A DNA stretch of 64,000 bases. It comes from an uncultured Ruficoccus sp. Its GTDB lineage: Bacteria; Verrucomicrobiota; Verrucomicrobiia; Opitutales; Cerasicoccaceae. The stretch is from positions 96,001 through 160,000 of the forward strand of contig OZ223510.1 in NCBI GenBank assembly GCA_965140785.1, written 5' to 3'. Positions within the stretch are counted from its first letter, which is position 1. The number at the start of each line of letters is the position of its first letter. Position numbers and translations under genes: made by a program. Under the pieces are notes generated by a model. That model saw only the letters and a list, made by a program, of their open reading frames with translations, did not search any database and had not been told where the DNA came from. This document shows positions 20,487 to 31,297 of this stretch, piece after piece.

Positions 20487-20908
20487 TGGGCTTCCGGCAT
20501 GATCTTACCCTTGGGACCTTTCATGCGAAGGCGGGCCAGCTAAAGTCCGTTCGATGCCAATCCAATGGGCTGTTCATGGACAGCCTGTTGGGAGTGTTTG
20601 GCGTTTCCGGTCAAGGCCTTTCTCATCTCTTTATCGCGCTGGTTCATCAGCGCTGCCGGGTTATTTCCCCGACGGCGCATAAGCCCGCACTTGTCTTTGG
20701 CTGGACCGTGGCTTCAGTGGGAATCGTCCCCCGTCTCCCCAAGAAGGCGGGGCTGATTGATCCCTATGAAGGAAGCCATTTGCGGGGTTGGATGCTGTTT
20801 GAGACGAGGCAATTCTGGCACCTATTCCCGGTGGATCACCTGCTTGGGTTTGGGTACCGAACCAGTTGGCTTTATTTGATTTTTGCGGACAAGGTGGTGA
20901 AATTGCTG

Positions 20909-21169
20909 ATGACCCCCGCGACCGCCAAGAACGAGTTTCATGATTTGATTGCGGACCATGATCGGGAGCGCTACTACACGACTCGGAACGACCAGGAGTA
21001 TCTCTGCGCAAACCCCGGATTACGGAGCCAAGTCCGAGATATTGAGGTTAAGGATTTGGGGTCGGGTGGGATTTCTGGCTTCAGCCTTACGAAATTCTAC
21101 CCGCTCAAACCCGGCTCGGGAGTGGCTCTCTCCATCAAGCGTCCAAGCGTTTCCGTTTCCGGCCCGTAA
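20909..21169 (+). CDS. Small hypothetical protein (3' part of ORF 20486-21169)
   Basis: Protein-like composition from MTPATAKNEF onward; no family recognised. Confidence 0.3.
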   Translation: MTPATAKNEFHDLIADHDRERYYTTRNDQEYLCANPGLRSQVRDIEVKDLGSGGISGFSLTKFYPLKPGSGVALSIKRPSVSVSGP

Positions 21170-21280
21170 AGTTGTTGGTTTCAAGGCCGTAAACCCAAGG
21201 CACAGCCCAATTTTTCGGCTGTGCTTTTTTGTGGGCAGATCATGCCTACGCGGAATTTGTTTTGATCGTATACTCTCATT

Positions 21281-22930
21281 ATGAGTATGAAAGTAACAAC
21301 GAAGGCGAAGCGGAAGGCCTACTCCTACATCCGCTTTTCCTCTAAAAAACAGGAACAAGGCGATAGTCTGAGACGCCAGACCAAAGCCGCTCAGGACTTT
21401 TGTGAGCGGTTCGACTTGGAGCTGAGTACGGAGACGTATCAGGACCTAGGTGTGTCAGCCCTTCGGGGCAAAAACGCTCACGCCGGAAATCTACGCGCCT
21501 TCTTGCAAGCCTGTCAGGATGGTAAGGTCGAGTGCGGAAGCGTCCTGATCGTGGAGAATCTGGACCGGCTCTCGCGTCAGCAAATCGTCGAGGCCACCAC
21601 GCTGTTTTTAGAAATCATCGACTACGTGGACATTGGGGTCTCTCAGCCCCCGGCTAAGATTTACAACAAGACCGAACTCAACGAATCCCGCTTTGCTATT
21701 TTCGAAGTCCAGTTGGCATTCGTCCGGGCCAACGAGGAAAGCGCCGTTAAGAGCGACCGACTCCGAAAGGTCTGGGCCGAAAAACAACGAAAAGCTGGCA
21801 GTGAAATCCTTACCTCTCAATGCCCGGCATGGATGATTCTCAGTGAGAACAAGGAGCGCTTTATCTTGCTGGAGGACCGGGTAAAGCTCATTCGGGAAAT
21901 CTATGCCATGTGTATCGAGGCTGGCTTTGGCGTCTACACCATCACTCACACGCTAAATAAGCGGAATGAACCCGTGTGGGGACGGGGCAAGGTCTGGCAG
22001 GAGTGTTACGTGCAACGCCTGCTCACCACCAAGGCCGCACTTGGCACCTACGTGCAGCATAAACGCGACGATAAAACCGGAGGCCGCAAAACCAATGGCG
22101 TCGAAATTGAAAACTACTACCCGTCTGTCATCGACGAAGCGACTTTCCGCCGGGCTCAAGCTGCTCTTGCCAGCCGCAAAGGCAAAGGCGGCAGGCGAGG
22201 CTACGCCAAGGACAGGACCGTCAACAACCTGTTTACGGGGCTCTTAACCGACGCCTATACGGGCTGCCCGGTCCACTTCTTGAATAAGGGGCGCTGGCAG
22301 TACCTCTCCCCCTCGTACTGCAAGCTTGGCAAAGTCGGCTACTACATGGCGTGGGAGTACTCGGACTTCGAGAGCCTGTTTCTGGTTCATGCCCTCAACG
22401 AGGAGTACCTCGAACTCATGCACGAGGCCGACTCGTGGCAGTCATCCAGAATCGATAAGATCCGGACAGAAATCGACACTCTGAAATCGCAGCTTGAAAA
22501 CGTCACCAAGGCCATTGCCGAGGTCGGACCATCCGAATCTCTCAAACGCCAACTGGTCGAACTGGAGAGCGGCCTATCCGAACGCCAGCAGACCCTCAAC
22601 CGCTTCCTGCTGAGTCAGTGTACCAGCGATGAGGAGATGTTCCTCTTCGCCTTTGACGAGGAACTCGGCACCCGACTACGTTCTGATGCCGTCCTGCGCA
22701 ACAAGTACCGGGCCATACTTGAGAGAACCTTCTCAAAAATCGAAGTCTTCTTCGAGGGCGACGACGAGGCTTACATTGCCAACCGTGCCCAAATCCAGCA
22801 GGGCCTGACGGGCAAGAATGCCACCCACAACCGCGAGTTGGTCAAGTTCATGAAGCTGCAACGCTTCATCCGCGTCCACTATCGCAACGGGGTGACCTGC
22901 CTACGCAAACTGTACCGCATTGAGAGTTAG
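21281..22930 (+). CDS. Large serine recombinase; last ~12 codons supplied by IS end
   Basis: AYSYIRFSS (catalytic Ser), GDSLRRQ, DLGVSA, VENLDRLSR, recombinase domain, NLFTGLL, coiled coil. Confidence 0.92.
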   Translation: MSMKVTTKAKRKAYSYIRFSSKKQEQGDSLRRQTKAAQDFCERFDLELSTETYQDLGVSALRGKNAHAGNLRAFLQACQDGKVECGSVLIVENLDRLSRQQIVEATTLFLEIIDYVDIGVSQPPAKIYNKTELNESRFAIFEVQLAFVRANEESAVKSDRLRKVWAEKQRKAGSEILTSQCPAWMILSENKERFILLEDRVKLIREIYAMCIEAGFGVYTITHTLNKRNEPVWGRGKVWQECYVQRLLTTKAALGTYVQHKRDDKTGGRKTNGVEIENYYPSVIDEATFRRAQAALASRKGKGGRRGYAKDRTVNNLFTGLLTDAYTGCPVHFLNKGRWQYLSPSYCKLGKVGYYMAWEYSDFESLFLVHALNEEYLELMHEADSWQSSRIDKIRTEIDTLKSQLENVTKAIAEVGPSESLKRQLVELESGLSERQQTLNRFLLSQCTSDEEMFLFAFDEELGTRLRSDAVLRNKYRAILERTFSKIEVFFEGDDEAYIANRAQIQQGLTGKNATHNRELVKFMKLQRFIRVHYRNGVTCLRKLYRIES

Positions 22931-23881
22931 TCTGAGCGGGTTAATGATGTGATTTAGGGTTAGGTTGTAGAGGGTGTCAAGGCTTGGGCGGAAGGAGGGC
23001 GTAGCCCGAGTGTAGCCCATGCCTTGGAAGTTGATGTCGAAGGGGGTTGGTGCGGTTTCTTTGGCTGCAAACTCCAGTGGTGTGAGCAGTCCGAGTGAAC
23101 GGTGGGGTCGGATGTTGTTGTACTTCCATCGCCAGTCCTCGATGACGACGCGTGCCTCGGTGAGCGTATAAAACCACTCGCGGTTGAGGCACTCATCGCG
23201 GAGTCTGCCGTTGAAGGATTCTATGTAGCCGTTCTGCCAGGGACTGCCCGGCTCAATGTAGAGCGTCTTGATCTCCTCGTCCGCGTACCATTTACGCAGG
23301 CTCTTCTCGATAAACTCGCTGCCGTTGTCGCTACGGATGTGCTCGGGGCTGCCGTAGGCACTGATCAACTCGCTCATGACGGCTCGCACCTTGGCGGCGT
23401 TGAGGTGGCGATCGACGTGGATGCACAGGCACTCACGGGTGTACTCATCGAGTACCGTGAGCATGCGGATTGATCCGCCCTTAGCCGTACGGTCGGCCAC
23501 GAAGTCGCAGGTCCACACGTGGCCCTGATGAGTAGCCTTTGTCGGTAAGCCCGTCGAGGGGCCGCGCCGACGCTGACGAGGCTTCTTAGTCGGACACTTC
23601 AGCCCCATCTCCTGGCGCAGGCGCTGCACCAGCCGCTTACCTACGTCCCAACCATCGCGCTTGAGTAGATGAGTGATTTTCGGGTAACCCAGCTCCGGAT
23701 GCGCTTGGCTCTTGCGACGCAAAGCCCCACGTAACTTTGCCAACCAGGGCGTAGTCTCCTTCGCCTGATAGCCGAAGGTACTGCGATGCAACCCAAAGTG
23801 ACGGCAGGCCGCCCGCGCTGAACATCTGCCCTGCGACACCACAGATTGCGCCATCTCGCGCTTGTGTGCAGGGCTTACCAT
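22901..23881 (-). CDS. IS3 transposase OrfB (DDE)
   Basis: WTCDF, SDNGSEF, PGSPWQNGYIESFNG. Confidence 0.95.
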   Translation of the reverse strand: MVSPAHKREMAQSVVSQGRCSARAACRHFGLHRSTFGYQAKETTPWLAKLRGALRRKSQAHPELGYPKITHLLKRDGWDVGKRLVQRLRQEMGLKCPTKKPRQRRRGPSTGLPTKATHQGHVWTCDFVADRTAKGGSIRMLTVLDEYTRECLCIHVDRHLNAAKVRAVMSELISAYGSPEHIRSDNGSEFIEKSLRKWYADEEIKTLYIEPGSPWQNGYIESFNGRLRDECLNREWFYTLTEARVVIEDWRWKYNNIRPHRSLGLLTPLEFAAKETAPTPFDINFQGMGYTRATPSFRPSLDTLYNLTLNHIINPLRLTLNAVQFA

Positions 23882-24141
23882 TTTTTTTCGAGCGCCTCCT
23901 TCAGCAGCTCCTTACCAAGTATCTCGTCCGCCAGCATACGCTTCAGCCGAGCGTTCTCCTTTTGCAGTTCCTTCAGTTGCTTGGCCTGATCGACTTCCAG
24001 CATCCCAAGCTCACGCTTCCAGCGGTGGAACGTCTGCTCGCTGATCCCTGCCTCGCGGCAGACATCCACGATCGCTCTGCCAGCATCAGCGGCGCGTAAA
24101 ATGCGGATTTTTTGCTCTGTACTGTATCGCTTGCCTTTCAT
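23875..24141 (-). CDS. IS3 transposase OrfA
   Basis: HTH ISEQTFHRWK plus leucine zipper; A8 frameshift run at the orfA/orfB overlap. Confidence 0.95.
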   Translation of the reverse strand: MKGKRYSTEQKIRILRAADAGRAIVDVCREAGISEQTFHRWKRELGMLEVDQAKQLKELQKENARLKRMLADEILGKELLKEALEKKW

Positions 24142-24310
24142 CGTCTGAGTCCTTTCTAAGCACTCAGACTAACTTTGCAAGCGGCTCAGTTTAAGTGGAC
24201 ACGGTCATAAGCGTTCAGTCGGTATTTTAAGGCCGTTACGCATGTGTAGCAGACTGCTATTGATTATTCTGCTTCTCATCCTTCGGGGTGCATCTCAATG
24301 CCATCGAACT

Positions 24311-26050
24311 TCAGGGGGGCTGCTTCAGCGGTGGATGCCAATTGTTCAACAAGGGCCCCGCATCTTGATTCCCTCTCACTACGTCATGTGTTTGATCGCA
24401 CAAAAGGGATGCGGTTGAGGAGTTGTCCCACGTACCCGCCGCACCATCAACGATGTCAACCCATGTCTTTGTTTTACCCGGTTCAAGATATTCGCAAGCA
24501 AGCTTGAGAGTCTTCTGTTCTCCACCCTTCTTCAGGGTCACGGAGAGTACGATATTGGATAATGGGAAGCGGGAATCATTGCTTAAAATGACATCATCCC
24601 ATAGCAAGTCATCCGTCACGCGCCAAGTCCACTGCGGTGTGACCAACTCAGCAAACTTCTTGCCGTAGCTTGTCCGTACCCGCTGGAGGTCGGGGTCTTG
24701 CCATGCCCAAGCCACATTTGAATAGCCCCGCTGGATGCTTGCGTCCAGCCATTGCAGCGCCTTCTCTGGTGCGCCTGCCCGACTAAGCAGGCAGGCATAG
24801 TTGTAACAGAACCCAGAATCGCTTTCCCGTAGCCTAAGCACCTCGTTCGCATGTTTGAACGCCTCATCCAGCGAGTTCTCGCTCATGAGGGCAAATGCCA
24901 GTGCCTCACGAATCTCTCCAGTTGGATCGGAAGGGCTCATGTCGAGCAACTTGCGCCATAAGGATACGGCCAATTGGCCATTCTTTGTGCTTCCATACGC
25001 CCAATGACCTTTCTGAATCTCCACGGACCGAGCCTCGGAGGCAAACAGCGCAGCAAGATAAACGCAGGCAATACGGTAGTCGTCATAGATCCCGTCCGCT
25101 GGAACAAGGGATGCCGCAGCATATGAGTCTCGCGCAGTGTCGCTGAGTACGTTGCTGTTCCCCGCGGATGCGAGGGCCTTAAAGTAATTGAATGACAAAC
25201 GAGTGATTGGGTCGCGTGGGCGTAGGCTGGCCTGCCTTTTGGCAACGCTCACGAGGGCATCCATGTCGTTTGCTCTGAGAAGACGCGCAACTAGCTGGGC
25301 TTGTTCATCCGAAAGCTCCCAACCAACCTCAGCGGGAGTCCATTCATGTTTCTTTACAAGCGTTCTGGCTGTCGCCTGAGCCTGCATCAAAGATGCCTGA
25401 TACATGTCTCCGATGCGTCTTGCTTCTAGGGTAACAGCACGCTTCCTTACCTCATCGTTCTCGTTTGATTTGTCCCACGCATCAACCGCATACGCAAGAC
25501 CGCCTATGACGAGCGAAATCAGTGCGGCATCCCCGGTGTCATACCCCGAACCAGCCAGTGTTGAAAAAGCTGTTGCGCCAGCATAGCCGCCCCTATAGCC
25601 AGACTCGAAACTGCCTTGCTGTTGTCTCTTGACCGCCTCGGATTCGATTACGCTGATGTTGGCAAGGAAATCTGTATAAGCGTCCAGTGCGGCAATGAAG
25701 TCTGTGAATCTTGCCTCCAAATCCTTGTCCAGTTCGTCGTGTCTCTGGATGTGCTGACTGAATCGAACGGCTTCCTTCCGTAGTTCTCCTGACGCTGCCG
25801 CGAACTCATCCGGGTCCGAAACATCCGACGGCCACTGCCCGTAGAGGGATTCCAAGACCCTCAGCAAGAATAAGTTTTCGTCAACATTGGCCTGGGGGTT
25901 GATGTCTGGGAGGTTTCCCTGCCCGAAGGCAGGGGTTACGCTGACAACAGTAAGGCTGAATATCAGAGCGACCCAAATCGTGCGCCTCAACGTGTGTTTT
26001 ACGGAATTGTACCGTCTGTCATTCGTTGTGCAGTAGAAGAAGGCGACCAT
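24311..26050 (-). CDS. Secreted/membrane TPR-containing protein
   Basis: Signal-like N-terminus; YNYACLLSRAG..ALQWL..GY..DPDL TPR-end motif. Confidence 0.7.
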   Translation of the reverse strand: MVAFFYCTTNDRRYNSVKHTLRRTIWVALIFSLTVVSVTPAFGQGNLPDINPQANVDENLFLLRVLESLYGQWPSDVSDPDEFAAASGELRKEAVRFSQHIQRHDELDKDLEARFTDFIAALDAYTDFLANISVIESEAVKRQQQGSFESGYRGGYAGATAFSTLAGSGYDTGDAALISLVIGGLAYAVDAWDKSNENDEVRKRAVTLEARRIGDMYQASLMQAQATARTLVKKHEWTPAEVGWELSDEQAQLVARLLRANDMDALVSVAKRQASLRPRDPITRLSFNYFKALASAGNSNVLSDTARDSYAAASLVPADGIYDDYRIACVYLAALFASEARSVEIQKGHWAYGSTKNGQLAVSLWRKLLDMSPSDPTGEIREALAFALMSENSLDEAFKHANEVLRLRESDSGFCYNYACLLSRAGAPEKALQWLDASIQRGYSNVAWAWQDPDLQRVRTSYGKKFAELVTPQWTWRVTDDLLWDDVILSNDSRFPLSNIVLSVTLKKGGEQKTLKLACEYLEPGKTKTWVDIVDGAAGTWDNSSTASLLCDQTHDVVRGNQDAGPLLNNWHPPLKQPP

Positions 26051-26108
26051 TCAAATACCATAAGATCGTAGGGTGTCATGTCAAGGCATACGTTCGTATG
26101 GTGTTGGG

Positions 26109-26381
26109 GTGGAAAATTCCCTGACAGAACTGGGCGATCGCCTGCGGGCTTTACGGGCCAAACACGGCCTCACGCAGGAGGAATTTGCCCAGCTGGCTGG
26201 CATCGGCTACAAGTTCTACCAGCAGATCGAGGGAGCGCGTAAAAAGGAGATCTGGCTCTCGACCGTCGAACGCCTCGCCGCCCCCTACGGCCTGCGCGCC
26301 TGGCAACTCCTGGCCCCTGACATGCCCGAAGATTCCAAGCTGACCCGCAAAGTCCCCAGCAGCCGCGTGCATCGGGGGTAG
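26109..26381 (+). CDS. XRE-family HTH regulator
   Basis: RLRALRAKHGLTQEEFAQLAGIGYKFYQQIE. Confidence 0.88.
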   Translation: MENSLTELGDRLRALRAKHGLTQEEFAQLAGIGYKFYQQIEGARKKEIWLSTVERLAAPYGLRAWQLLAPDMPEDSKLTRKVPSSRVHRG

Positions 26382-26385
26382 GGGG

Positions 26386-26713
26386 TGACCTGCCTACGCA
26401 AACTGTACCGCATTAAGAGTTAGTCTGAGCGGGTTAATGATGTGATTTAGGGTTAGGTTATAGAGGGGGGCGGAAGGAGGGCGTAGCCCGAGTGTAGCCC
26501 ATGCCTTGGAAGTTGATTTCGAAGGGGGCTGGTGCGGTTTCTTTTGCTGCAAACTCGAGTGGCGTGAGTAGTCCGAGGGAACGGTGGGGGGCGGATGTTG
26601 TTGTATTGGGCGCTTCGCTGGTGTCGTCGCTACGCTCCTCGGTACCACCTCCAGTCTTCGATAACCACACGGGCCTCTGTGAGCGTATAAAACCACTCGC
26701 GGTTGAGGTGGCG
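26386..26713 (-). mobile_element. IS3 remnant (right end of a relative of the 22893 element)
   Basis: TGACCTGCCTACGCAAACTG end plus LNREWFYTLTEARVVIEDW coding remnant. Confidence 0.88.
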
Positions 26714-27799
26714 TGACCTCCCAGAACCGTACCATTGCATATGAGACACTGGCGGGTAGAACCCGACCAGACAATGAAGCGAAAAAGATACACCGAAGAG
26801 CAGATCGTGGCGATTTTGCGCGAGGCAGACGAAGGCCGTAGCGTGGACGATGTGTGCCGCGAACACAACGTGAGCAAAGCGAGCTTCCATCGTTGGAAGT
26901 CCAAGTATGGGCAGATGGAGTTGCGCGATGTGAAGCGACTCAAAGAGCTTGAGCACGAGAACGCCGAGCTGAAGAAGCTGGGGTCCGACCAGCTTTTGAA
27001 CATCAAAGTACTGGAGCAGGTAAACGCGTAAAAATGGCGAGTCCTGCCCCTGCGGACTCGGTAAGTCCGGGGCACAAGCGCGAAGCGGTGCGCGAGGTGG
27101 CCGAGTCGGGAACGTGCTCGTTAGGGGCCGCCTGCCGGTATCTTGGCCTGCACTGGTCGAGCTTCTGCTACCGGGCTAAAACCGCCAGCGACAAGATGGT
27201 TCGTCTGGTGCGGGCAATCATCGCTGTGAGCCGTGCCAACCCGCGTTACGGTTACCGCCGTGTGCGAGCGCAGTTGGCCAACGATGGCTGGCAGGTCAGC
27301 CGCAAGCTCGTGCAAAAGGTGCGCCGGGCCGAAGGGCTGGGCGTGAAGCCGCCGTGCCAGAGTTTATCGCCACGGCGACCAAGGACTACCTGGAGTCCAA
27401 ACACATCAACACCCTCTACATCGAGCCGGGCTCGCCCTGGCTACCGAGCGAAGCGACACTCGCAAGCGCAGCGCAGCAGAACAAACCCTTACATGGAGAG
27501 CTTCCACAACCACCTGCAGGACGAGTGCCTCAAGCAGGAGTGGTTCCTCTCCTTGACCGAAGCGCACGTCGTTATCGAAAACTGGCGACGCAAGTATAAC
27601 AGCCAGCATCCGCACAGTCGTTTGGGCTTTATATCCCCCGACGCCTTTGCCAGAATCTGGCAACAAACCAAGGCAGTGCTTGGTTCCGTTCGCCCTACGG
27701 GCTCTCTGCACCAAGCACTCCCTCAACCCACAACACAACCAACATAATGCTACCCACCCAGTGTCTTATCGCGCTGGTACGAAAACAGGGGGCCGACCA
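26714..27799 (+). mobile_element. Degenerate IS3-family element (second type), internal deletion in orfB
   Basis: IRs TGACCTCCCAGAACCGTACCA / TGGTACGAAAACAGGGGGCCGACCA; orfA MKRKRYTEEQI with premature stop; orfB lacks the first DDE segment. Confidence 0.85.
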
Positions 27800-28173
27800 A
27801 TTTCTTTGAGCCGGTGTCTCTCTCGCGACGACTAATAGATTTGTAAATGGTGACGCTGGGGTGGCCTGGCGGACCCTTATCGTTACGCATCTGAGATTCT
27901 TTGAGCTTCTATTATGTGTGTCTATATCCATAGCTTGCCTACTCAAAATCAGATCTGCTACAGGTGTCTAATATCCTACCATGCTAGGCTGCGTGGACAA
28001 AATATCTCATGTTGTAATCCTCGTCGCTTTTTTGCCTGAAATTCGTGTCCTCGATTTGACAAGCTTGGATTTTCCTCACTTCGGGGCCCGGATTTTGGAC
28101 TCAAAATCACCTTGGGATGCGAGTTCATTATTTGATCTAAACGACCTCGGAATTTAATCTCAGGCGCTTGTTT

Positions 28174-28185
28174 TGCAACTGTTGG
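28174..28185. promoter_or_regulatory. Putative LacI operator TGCAACTGTTG
   Basis: Palindrome recurs at 31090 and 36394, each upstream of a transcription unit. Confidence 0.55.
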
Positions 28186-28363
28186 ATTTAGTGGACCTTG
28201 CCTTCGTCGCCAACAAGCGGTTCCTTGGAAATTACGCCACAATTATGGCGGTTATAGAGCCCTGAAAAAATAGTTCTTCATCGGTTCTTGCTTTAGGCGT
28301 AGATGAGCGGAGCTCCGCTTCTCTGCGGCGAAGACCGCTCATCAATATTTTAAGTAATTCAAT

Positions 28364-29488
28364 ATGTCTAGCAAATGCGCATTTTCAACGGCTCCGGCGG
28401 TTCCGATTCACCGTGGGGTAACTTTTGGCTTTTTTGCAAAGAATGGTTTTTACGGCTCCCCGCAGGCCCGCCTGGAAGTGGACCGGATGGCCGAATTGGG
28501 GGTGACTTGGGTTTGCGTTGTCACCACGGTTTGGCAAGAGACCTATTCGAGTACCCGGCAATTTCGCGATTTCAAGATGACGCCTTCGGACAACGAGCTC
28601 ATCGCCATCATTGAATACATTCACAGCAAAGGCATGAAGGTCCAATTGCGTCCGATGCTTCAGGGATGGGACGGGTCGTTTCGCATGAATGTGATGTTTC
28701 CTTGGGAAGACGATCCGCCCATCTTTCTGGACAAAAAGGTCGATTATTGGACGCGCTGGTTCGACAGCCTGATCGAGCGCACCTTGCACTATGCCGCGAT
28801 GGCTGAGGCGACGGGCTGCGAGGCCTATGGCTTGGACAGCGAACTTGACCGCACGACCCATGAGCGCCTGAACGCACACTGGAAACGGGTTCTTGCTGCC
28901 GCCCGGAGCGTTTATTCTGGACACCTTACGACCGGACATACGCTTGAAGTCGATTTTCTGCGTGAACTCAAGGAACGTCCGGATCATTGGTTCCGGGATC
29001 TCGACTCGCTGGGAACGAGTTTCTACGTGCCCTTGGGCGATTGCTCGGACGCCATGAAAGCGATGTATCGCATTGGCTCAGCGAAAGCTCCGGCTCCCGA
29101 TTACGCTCCGGACTCCCCGGAAATGATGGCGTGGCTGGAGGGGCCGCGCCAGTATTTTGCAGAGGTTGCGCGATTGCTCGGTAAGCCCTTTTATTTTGCC
29201 GAATGCGGAATACGCTCCACCACGGCAGGCGTTTTCTGTGGCAACGGGAGTATTGCCAATCACGATGGGCGTTACGATGGTCAAGCTCAGGTCTATTTTC
29301 TTGAAAGCGTTCTGAATGCGTTCTGGGACGAGCCTTGGTGGATGGGCATCTATTGGTGGAAATGGGACGAGCATTTCGATCGCCCGCATTACAGGACCGA
29401 TCCGAACGGAGATCAGGGCCTGACCGTTTGGGGCAAGCCTGTTGCAGACACCATGAAACTCTGGTTCGATAAGCCGGAGCGGCGTTGA
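28364..29488 (+). CDS. Glycoside hydrolase family 113 (beta-mannanase-like)
   Basis: RGVTFGF, GMKVQLRP, GLDSEL (acid/base), KPFYFAECG (nucleophile), WWMGIYWWKW. Confidence 0.8.
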   Translation: MSSKCAFSTAPAVPIHRGVTFGFFAKNGFYGSPQARLEVDRMAELGVTWVCVVTTVWQETYSSTRQFRDFKMTPSDNELIAIIEYIHSKGMKVQLRPMLQGWDGSFRMNVMFPWEDDPPIFLDKKVDYWTRWFDSLIERTLHYAAMAEATGCEAYGLDSELDRTTHERLNAHWKRVLAAARSVYSGHLTTGHTLEVDFLRELKERPDHWFRDLDSLGTSFYVPLGDCSDAMKAMYRIGSAKAPAPDYAPDSPEMMAWLEGPRQYFAEVARLLGKPFYFAECGIRSTTAGVFCGNGSIANHDGRYDGQAQVYFLESVLNAFWDEPWWMGIYWWKWDEHFDRPHYRTDPNGDQGLTVWGKPVADTMKLWFDKPERR

Positions 29489-29517
29489 GTCGGTTATAAT
29501 GAAAACACTATCGGTGG

Positions 29518-29970
29518 ATGATTTTGGACGATATCAGAAACGCGCCTGTTTATTACGGGCTCGGTCCTTCGTTTCAGGCCGGGCTGGACTATCTGCGCCG
29601 CTTCGACCCCCGCACGCCGGTTGGGAAATTTGATCTGGACGGGAAGAGGGTACGTGTATCAGTCGAGCAATACACGACAAGCCCCGGGGGTGGTCGCGAC
29701 TACGAGGCTCATCGGCTTCATGCGGACATCCAGTATTTGGTCGGAGGCGAGGAACTCATCTGGCATGCCTCCGTGTCCGGGCTGGCCGAGACCGTGCCTT
29801 ACGATACGGCTAAAGATGTCGCCTTCTATCGTGGCGTGGACATTCAGCCACTGTATCTTCACCCCGGACAATTCACGATTCTGTGGCCCCAGGATGCCCA
29901 CAAACCCAATTGTTGCGTACATGTGCCTGCCGTGAACAAGAAGGTGGTTGTTAAGGTGCGGCTGACTTGA
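29518..29970 (+). CDS. YhcH/YjgK/YiaL (DUF386) family sugar anomerase-like protein
   Basis: MILDDI, EAHRLHADIQY, PQDAHKP, KKVVVKV. Confidence 0.9.
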   Translation: MILDDIRNAPVYYGLGPSFQAGLDYLRRFDPRTPVGKFDLDGKRVRVSVEQYTTSPGGGRDYEAHRLHADIQYLVGGEELIWHASVSGLAETVPYDTAKDVAFYRGVDIQPLYLHPGQFTILWPQDAHKPNCCVHVPAVNKKVVVKVRLT

Positions 29971-30006
29971 GAGAAGGACGTGTTCCGCGAAGGCTTACAC
30001 GATGCT

Positions 30007-31059
30007 TCATCGAGCGGTTCTGAGGGTTTGACCTTCGTGCCAAAGGCTGGGGATGCTTATCTTTAGGCGTGAAGTGATGTCTACAGGGGGGGCGGCGCTG
30101 GTGTCGCCCGATCCCCGCCGTTCCAAGAGGGAGGTCAAGTGGTTGAGGGCCATGGTTCCAATTCGTTCATAATCCACCAGCAGGCCGGATTCATGGCTGT
30201 TTGCAATGCAGTCGATGCGGAAGATGCCTAATTCGTCGGGTATGCGGATGCCTTCAGCGATCGCCCATTGCTCGACGCCAGGTCCGTTAACCAGGATTGC
30301 GTCCGGCTTAAATTTCTTAAGCCATCGCGTGAATGCTGCGCGTGTGTAGGCGGTTTCGGTATCAAAGATACTGCTGAATTTTGTCTCGCGGTTGAATTTC
30401 GCAAATACCATCCCCGACGACATGAGCGCCCACCCACGCATTTCTTCTTCAAGGCGAAGCACGACGAGTCCGATTCTGCGGTAGCCGCGGCTGTGGAGCA
30501 GCGGCATGATCATCGTGGCGTCATCGGGCATGCTGCGTACGATGCGCGGCAGTTCCGGGTTCGCCAGTTCATGGCCAACCTCGACGCCGGTGAGTTGGTC
30601 CCAGTTCATGGCCAGCGACATGGTGGAGCGCTGAAGGGCGGGATTGCCCGAGCAGATGATGCACCCGCGCATACCGCGAGCGTGTAATTGACGCCCTAAT
30701 GCCCGTTGCTGAGCCGCCGAGGTTGGGATGCGGAAGAGTTCCACCCCGTAGCCCAGTTCCTGGGCTCTTCGGGTGGTTCCGGCATGTATTTTTTCCAGCC
30801 AGGGGTAATCCCGATATTCCTGAGAGGGGATGGTTGTCAGAAGGGCTAGTGTTTCTCGGTAAACTGGCTTGTCTGCTTTGCGCGCGAAAGCCAGCGCGTT
30901 GGCCAGCATGGGGTCGCGCACATAGCCGAGACGGTCGGCTGCGTCCTGAACCTGGCGGCGCGTTTCCTTGTTGACCAGGGCGAGGCCGCGGAGTGCTCGC
31001 GACACTGTGGAAACATCCAGGCCGACTTCACGGGCAATGGCCCTCAAACTGACTCGCAT
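30007..31059 (-). CDS. LacI-family transcriptional regulator
   Basis: SLRAIAREVGLDVSTVSRALR; RGYRRIGL. Confidence 0.92.
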   Translation of the reverse strand: MRVSLRAIAREVGLDVSTVSRALRGLALVNKETRRQVQDAADRLGYVRDPMLANALAFARKADKPVYRETLALLTTIPSQEYRDYPWLEKIHAGTTRRAQELGYGVELFRIPTSAAQQRALGRQLHARGMRGCIICSGNPALQRSTMSLAMNWDQLTGVEVGHELANPELPRIVRSMPDDATMIMPLLHSRGYRRIGLVVLRLEEEMRGWALMSSGMVFAKFNRETKFSSIFDTETAYTRAAFTRWLKKFKPDAILVNGPGVEQWAIAEGIRIPDELGIFRIDCIANSHESGLLVDYERIGTMALNHLTSLLERRGSGDTSAAPPVDITSRLKISIPSLWHEGQTLRTAR

Positions 31060-31088
31060 GTCGGTATAGAAAACGGGAAACGCCAGGG

Positions 31089-31104
31089 ATGCAACTGTTG
31101 TTTA
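31089..31104. promoter_or_regulatory. Putative LacI operator ATGCAACTGTTGTTTA
   Basis: 30 bp upstream of lacI start in divergent promoter region. Confidence 0.65.
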
Positions 31105-31297
31105 TCGGTGTTGTTGTGTCTCAAGGTACGATGTGTCTATAGTATTCTCAATAACACCCCTTCCCCTGATCACTCGTTACCCACTTGGAGGTTTACAGGC
31201 TTAATGTGGCCGGAGGGCTGTTCGGGGGGATGACACTGACAGTTCGGGAATCATAATCCAATTCATCCAAAACTACCCACAAATACTAACCTGAAAA

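Larger units (their letters stand above)
22893..24207 (-). mobile_element. IS3-family element, complete copy (1315 bp)
   Basis: Imperfect IRs TGACCGTGTCCACTTAAACTG / TGACCTGCCTACGCAAACTG; orfA + orfB. Confidence 0.95.

Noticed and set aside
20486..20908. 5' half of ORF 20486-21169 as a gene
   Set aside because: Unusual composition and no motif; no convincing ORF on either strand.
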